Source: Candidatus Kuenenbacteria bacterium HGW-Kuenenbacteria-1 (lineage in GTDB: Bacteria > Patescibacteriota > Patescibacteriia > UBA2591 > PGYQ01). From it: a DNA stretch of 64,000 nt. Position 1 is the first letter of the stretch; every line of letters begins with the position of its first letter. This document shows, one piece after another, positions 61,030-64,000 of this stretch. The stretch is taken from contig PGYQ01000002.1 of assembly GCA_002839745.1 (NCBI GenBank), forward strand, positions 21,515-85,514, in the 5' to 3' direction. The position numbers and the translations under genes are program-made. The notes below the pieces were generated by a model that was not told where the DNA came from, ran no database searches, and worked only from the letters and a program-made list of their open reading frames with translations.

Positions 61030-61692
61030 TTAAATTTTAATTGTTTTTTTCTCTTGCCATTCCTGAATTTTCTTGTGATTTCCAGATAAAAGAATTTTAG
61101 GAACACGCGCTTTTTTACCATTTATTTCAAATATTTCTGGCCGTGTATATTGAGGATATTCCAAAAATCCTTCCTTTGAAAAAGTTTCAACTTTGCTTGA
61201 TTCATCCTTCCCTAAAACTCCCGGCAATAAACGAGTAATCGCATCAACAATAGCCATTGCAGGAATTTCTCCACCAGTTAATATATAATCGCCAATAGAA
61301 ATTTTTTCATCAATTAATTTATTTACTCTTTCATCAATTCCTTCATATCGACCACAAATAAAAGTTATTTGATTTAATTGTGATAATCGTTCAGCCATTC
61401 TTTGATTAAATTTTTTCCCTTTTGGAGTTAATAAAATAATTTTTTGTTTTGGTGTTTTATGTTTTAATTTAAAATTTTTTAATGTTTGATAAATCGGTTC
61501 TATTTTCATCAACATTCCTATTCCACCGCCATAAGGAGTGTCATCAACTGTTTTGTGTTTATCAATAGTGCAATCACGAATATTTAAAAAATTAATTTCT
61601 ATTATTTTTTCTTTTTGAGCGCGTTTAATAATACTTTCATTAAAATAAGAATTAAATATTTGAGGAAAAATTGTAAGAATGTTGAAAATCAT
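61030..61692 (-). CDS. trmD: tRNA (guanine-N1)-methyltransferase
   Basis: VDDTPYGGG, CGRYEGIDER, SIGDYILTGGE, EYPQYTRP. Confidence 0.97.
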   Translation of the reverse strand: MIFNILTIFPQIFNSYFNESIIKRAQKEKIIEINFLNIRDCTIDKHKTVDDTPYGGGIGMLMKIEPIYQTLKNFKLKHKTPKQKIILLTPKGKKFNQRMAERLSQLNQITFICGRYEGIDERVNKLIDEKISIGDYILTGGEIPAMAIVDAITRLLPGVLGKDESSKVETFSKEGFLEYPQYTRPEIFEINGKKARVPKILLSGNHKKIQEWQEKKTIKI

Positions 61693-61742
61693 AAAAAATA
61701 GTTTTTATCCGACAGCTGACGGATGTTAGCTTTTAGGAAAAT

Positions 61743-61789
61743 CATAAAACAAAAGTCGCGATTAATTATATCGCGACTTTTGTTTTATG
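61743..61789 (-). terminator. strong hairpin between khpA and trmD
   Basis: CATAAAACAAAAGTCGCGAT-N7-ATCGCGACTTTTGTTTTATG, perfect 20-bp inverted repeat. Confidence 0.85.
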
Positions 61790-61846
61790 TAAACCATGTT
61801 AAATGCAAATATTTAACAAAATAAACAATAGAATAATAAATGATTT

Positions 61847-62179
61847 TTATATTTTAAAATCATCTATTGCATCAGCAGTAGTTACTTTTGCATCGCTTCT
61901 TGTGTCTCTTCTAAAAGGACGTTCTGTACCTTCTGGTTGATAAAGTTTTAAATTAACACGGGCATTATTTTTAGCTCCAACAATTCTTAATAAAGTACGA
62001 ATAGCTTGAATTGTTTGACCAGAGCGTCCAATAATTTGTCCGGTATCTTCAACATCAACTTTTAAGGTAAGTAAAACACCCATTTCATCAACTGTTCTTT
62101 CTACTGTGACCGCTTCCGGCTTATTTACTAAAGACTTAACAATCATTTCTATAAATGCTTGGTCTGCTTGTGTTGTCAT
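61847..62179 (-). CDS. khpA: KH-domain RNA-binding protein KhpA
   Basis: IVKSLVNKP, DTGQIIGRSGQTIQAIRTLL; upstream of trmD. Confidence 0.88.
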   Translation of the reverse strand: MTTQADQAFIEMIVKSLVNKPEAVTVERTVDEMGVLLTLKVDVEDTGQIIGRSGQTIQAIRTLLRIVGAKNNARVNLKLYQPEGTERPFRRDTRSDAKVTTADAIDDFKI

Positions 62180-62330
62180 ATTTTTCCTTAAAAATCTAAA
62201 CTTATTTAATAAGTTTAGATAATTTTACATTTAATCAATAAACAGCTACGCTAACTGTCGACCTTTGTTAAAATAAACCAGTTTCGCCATTTATTTTTTT
62301 CTTAATTTAATTTTATTTTCTATAATTTTT

Positions 62331-62414
62331 ATTATAGAGAATTTAAAAAATTTGTCAAAATTAAATATCAAATGTGGAAAAAAAATTGCTTTAAATATTT
62401 ATTATTGTTATAAT
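62331..62414. promoter_or_regulatory. divergent sigma70 promoters for khpA (-) and rpsB (+)
   Basis: minus strand: TTGACA (62358-62353), 16 bp, TATAAT; plus strand: TTGCTT (62386), 17 bp, TGn-TATAAT (62409). Confidence 0.6.
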
Positions 62415-62445
62415 AATTTTACTTAATTTATTTGTTTATTTTTTT

Positions 62446-63192
62446 ATGCTTAAATTACCAACTTTATTGGAATTATTAGAAGCAGGAGTTCATTTTGGAC
62501 ATCAAACTTCTAAAAGATATCCTAAAACAAAGCCTTATATTTTTGGAATCCGTAGCGGAATACATATTATTAATTTGGAAAAAACTGTTGAAAAATTAAA
62601 AGAAGCTTTAGATTTTATAAAAGAAATTTCTGCAAAAAACGGAACAATTCTTTTTTTAGGAACCAAAAAACAAGCTAAAGATATTGTTAAAAAAGCAGCG
62701 TTAGAAGTTAATATGCCATATATAACAGAAAGATGGTTAGGTGGAACTTTTACTAATTTAGATACTATTATAAAAAATATAAAAAAAATGAAAAAAATGG
62801 AAGAAGAAAAAGAAAAAGGAGAATTTAAAAAATATACAAAAAAAGAACAATTAAAATTTGAAAAAGAAATTGAAAAATTAAAAAGATTATTTGATGGATT
62901 AAGAGAATTAAATAAATTGCCAGAAGCAATTTTTATTATTGGAATTAATGAAGAAGAAACAGCGGAAAAAGAAGCTAAAAAGAAAAATGTTCCTATTGTT
63001 GCCATTATAGACACTAATACTAAACCTCAAAATGTGGCTTATCCAATCCCAGCCAATGACGATGGAATTAAATCAATTAAAATGATGGTTAATTTAGTCG
63101 TTGAAGCGATTAAAGAGGGAAAAAGCGTGACTAAAAATGAACAATCAACAAATAGCAGTGAAAATTTAAAAGCAAACAATGAAAAAGTGTAA
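62446..63192 (+). CDS. rpsB: 30S ribosomal protein S2
   Basis: EAGVHFGH, RWLGGTFTN, IDTN, PANDD. Confidence 0.98.
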   Translation: MLKLPTLLELLEAGVHFGHQTSKRYPKTKPYIFGIRSGIHIINLEKTVEKLKEALDFIKEISAKNGTILFLGTKKQAKDIVKKAALEVNMPYITERWLGGTFTNLDTIIKNIKKMKKMEEEKEKGEFKKYTKKEQLKFEKEIEKLKRLFDGLRELNKLPEAIFIIGINEEETAEKEAKKKNVPIVAIIDTNTKPQNVAYPIPANDDGIKSIKMMVNLVVEAIKEGKSVTKNEQSTNSSENLKANNEKV

Positions 63193-63227
63193 AATAGGTT
63201 TTAATTTAAAATTTTTTATTTATTTTT

Positions 63228-63806
63228 ATGTTAAATTTAATTAAACAATTAAGAGAGCGGACTGGGCTGGGAATAATGGATTGTAAAAAAGCCATTGAAG
63301 AAAGTAAAGGAGCTATAGAAAAAGCCATTGAATTTTTAAGAAAAGCCGGAACAATAAAAGCGGCCAAAAAAGCAGAAAGAGAAACAAAAGAAGGTTTAAT
63401 TGATTCTTACATTCATCCAGGTGGAAGAATTGGCGTTTTGGTTAAAGTAAATTGCGAGACAGATTTTGTCGCGCGTAATGAAGAATTTAAAACTTTGGTT
63501 CATGATATTGCTATTCAAATAGCAGCCAACGATCCTCAATATTTAAAACCTGAAGATGTATCTGAAGAAATAAAAGAAAAAGAAAAAGAAATTTATAAAG
63601 AACAATTAAAAAAAGAAGGGAAGCCAGAAGCGATTATAGAAAAAATTTTGCAAGGAAAATTACAAAAAATGTATAAAGAAATTTGTTTGACAAAACAATC
63701 TTTTTTTAAAGAAGAAAAAATAACAGTTGAGGAATTAATTAATCAAACCATTTCTAAATTAGGTGAAAATATTCAAATAGCAGAATTTGTGAGATACAAA
63801 TTATAA
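63228..63806 (+). CDS. tsf: elongation factor Ts (short form)
   Basis: LRERTGLGIMDCKKA, VNCETDFVA. Confidence 0.97.
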   Translation: MLNLIKQLRERTGLGIMDCKKAIEESKGAIEKAIEFLRKAGTIKAAKKAERETKEGLIDSYIHPGGRIGVLVKVNCETDFVARNEEFKTLVHDIAIQIAANDPQYLKPEDVSEEIKEKEKEIYKEQLKKEGKPEAIIEKILQGKLQKMYKEICLTKQSFFKEEKITVEELINQTISKLGENIQIAEFVRYKL

Positions 63807-63825
63807 ACTCAAAACGCAAAACTCA

Positions 63826-63867
63826 AAATAAAAAAATACGAAATTACATTTTCGTATTTTTTTATTT
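63826..63867 (+). terminator. terminator after tsf
   Basis: AAAAAAATACGAAA-ttacat-TTTCGTATTTTTTT. Confidence 0.75.
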
Positions 63868-63893
63868 AATTAAAAGTGATATAATTAAATATT

Positions 63894-64000
63894 ATGAGAA
63901 ATATTTTAATCATTATTATTTTTGGTTTTTTGGTTTATGGTTTTTCATTATCAAATAATTTTGTTTGGGACGATGAAGAACAAGTGGTTAATAATCAAGT
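63894..64000 (+). CDS. start of a probable GT-C/TMTC-like membrane glycosyltransferase (runs off the window)
   Basis: MRNILIIIIFGFLVYGFSLSNNFVWDDEEQVVNN: TM helix followed by an FVWDD motif. Confidence 0.55.
   Translation, partial: MRNILIIIIFGFLVYGFSLSNNFVWDDEEQVVNNQ

Overview
Very AT-rich bacterial chromosome segment, most likely Patescibacteria/CPR (Parcubacteria-like, genetic code 11). The assignment rests on 16S signatures (GGAGGCTGCAG, GTGCCAGCAGCAGCGG), tRNA-Arg(GCG), a Cys-rich VirB2/TrbC-like pilin and AT-rich starts without a Shine-Dalgarno sequence. The backbone is housekeeping: murF, rplJL, tpiA, trpS, proS, secDF, lepB, mltG, mraZ-rsmH-ftsL-ftsI-ybeY-dgkA-ftsA, intein-bearing nrdD, glgA, a PilB-type ATPase, tyrS, rsmA, holA, trmD, khpA, rpsB-tsf, four intact tRNAs and a 16S gene with no adjacent 23S. 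Accessory content: a partial purine operon with a PAICS-like PurC-PurE fusion split by a type III R-M pair; a RAYT pseudogene with REPs; a MITE in two copies (one with a 10-bp target duplication); an MNT-HEPN pair; and a type IIG R-M gene. Two leads stand out. (1) An integrase-free cassette at 41.2-43.9 kb encodes an unannotated 51-aa ORF, a hairpin, an HPr-kinase-like/NUDIX fusion and a Pol-beta nucleotidyltransferase; it is bracketed by duplicated ends of neighbouring host genes. (2) Pervasive heptamer repeats and a TCCGnC-N4-GnCGGA palindrome occur inside the 16S rRNA, at the breakpoint of a truncated tRNA, and in frame within essential genes. Five genes are split at homopolymer runs, which may be sequencing error. 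All calls are by eye; no searches were run.
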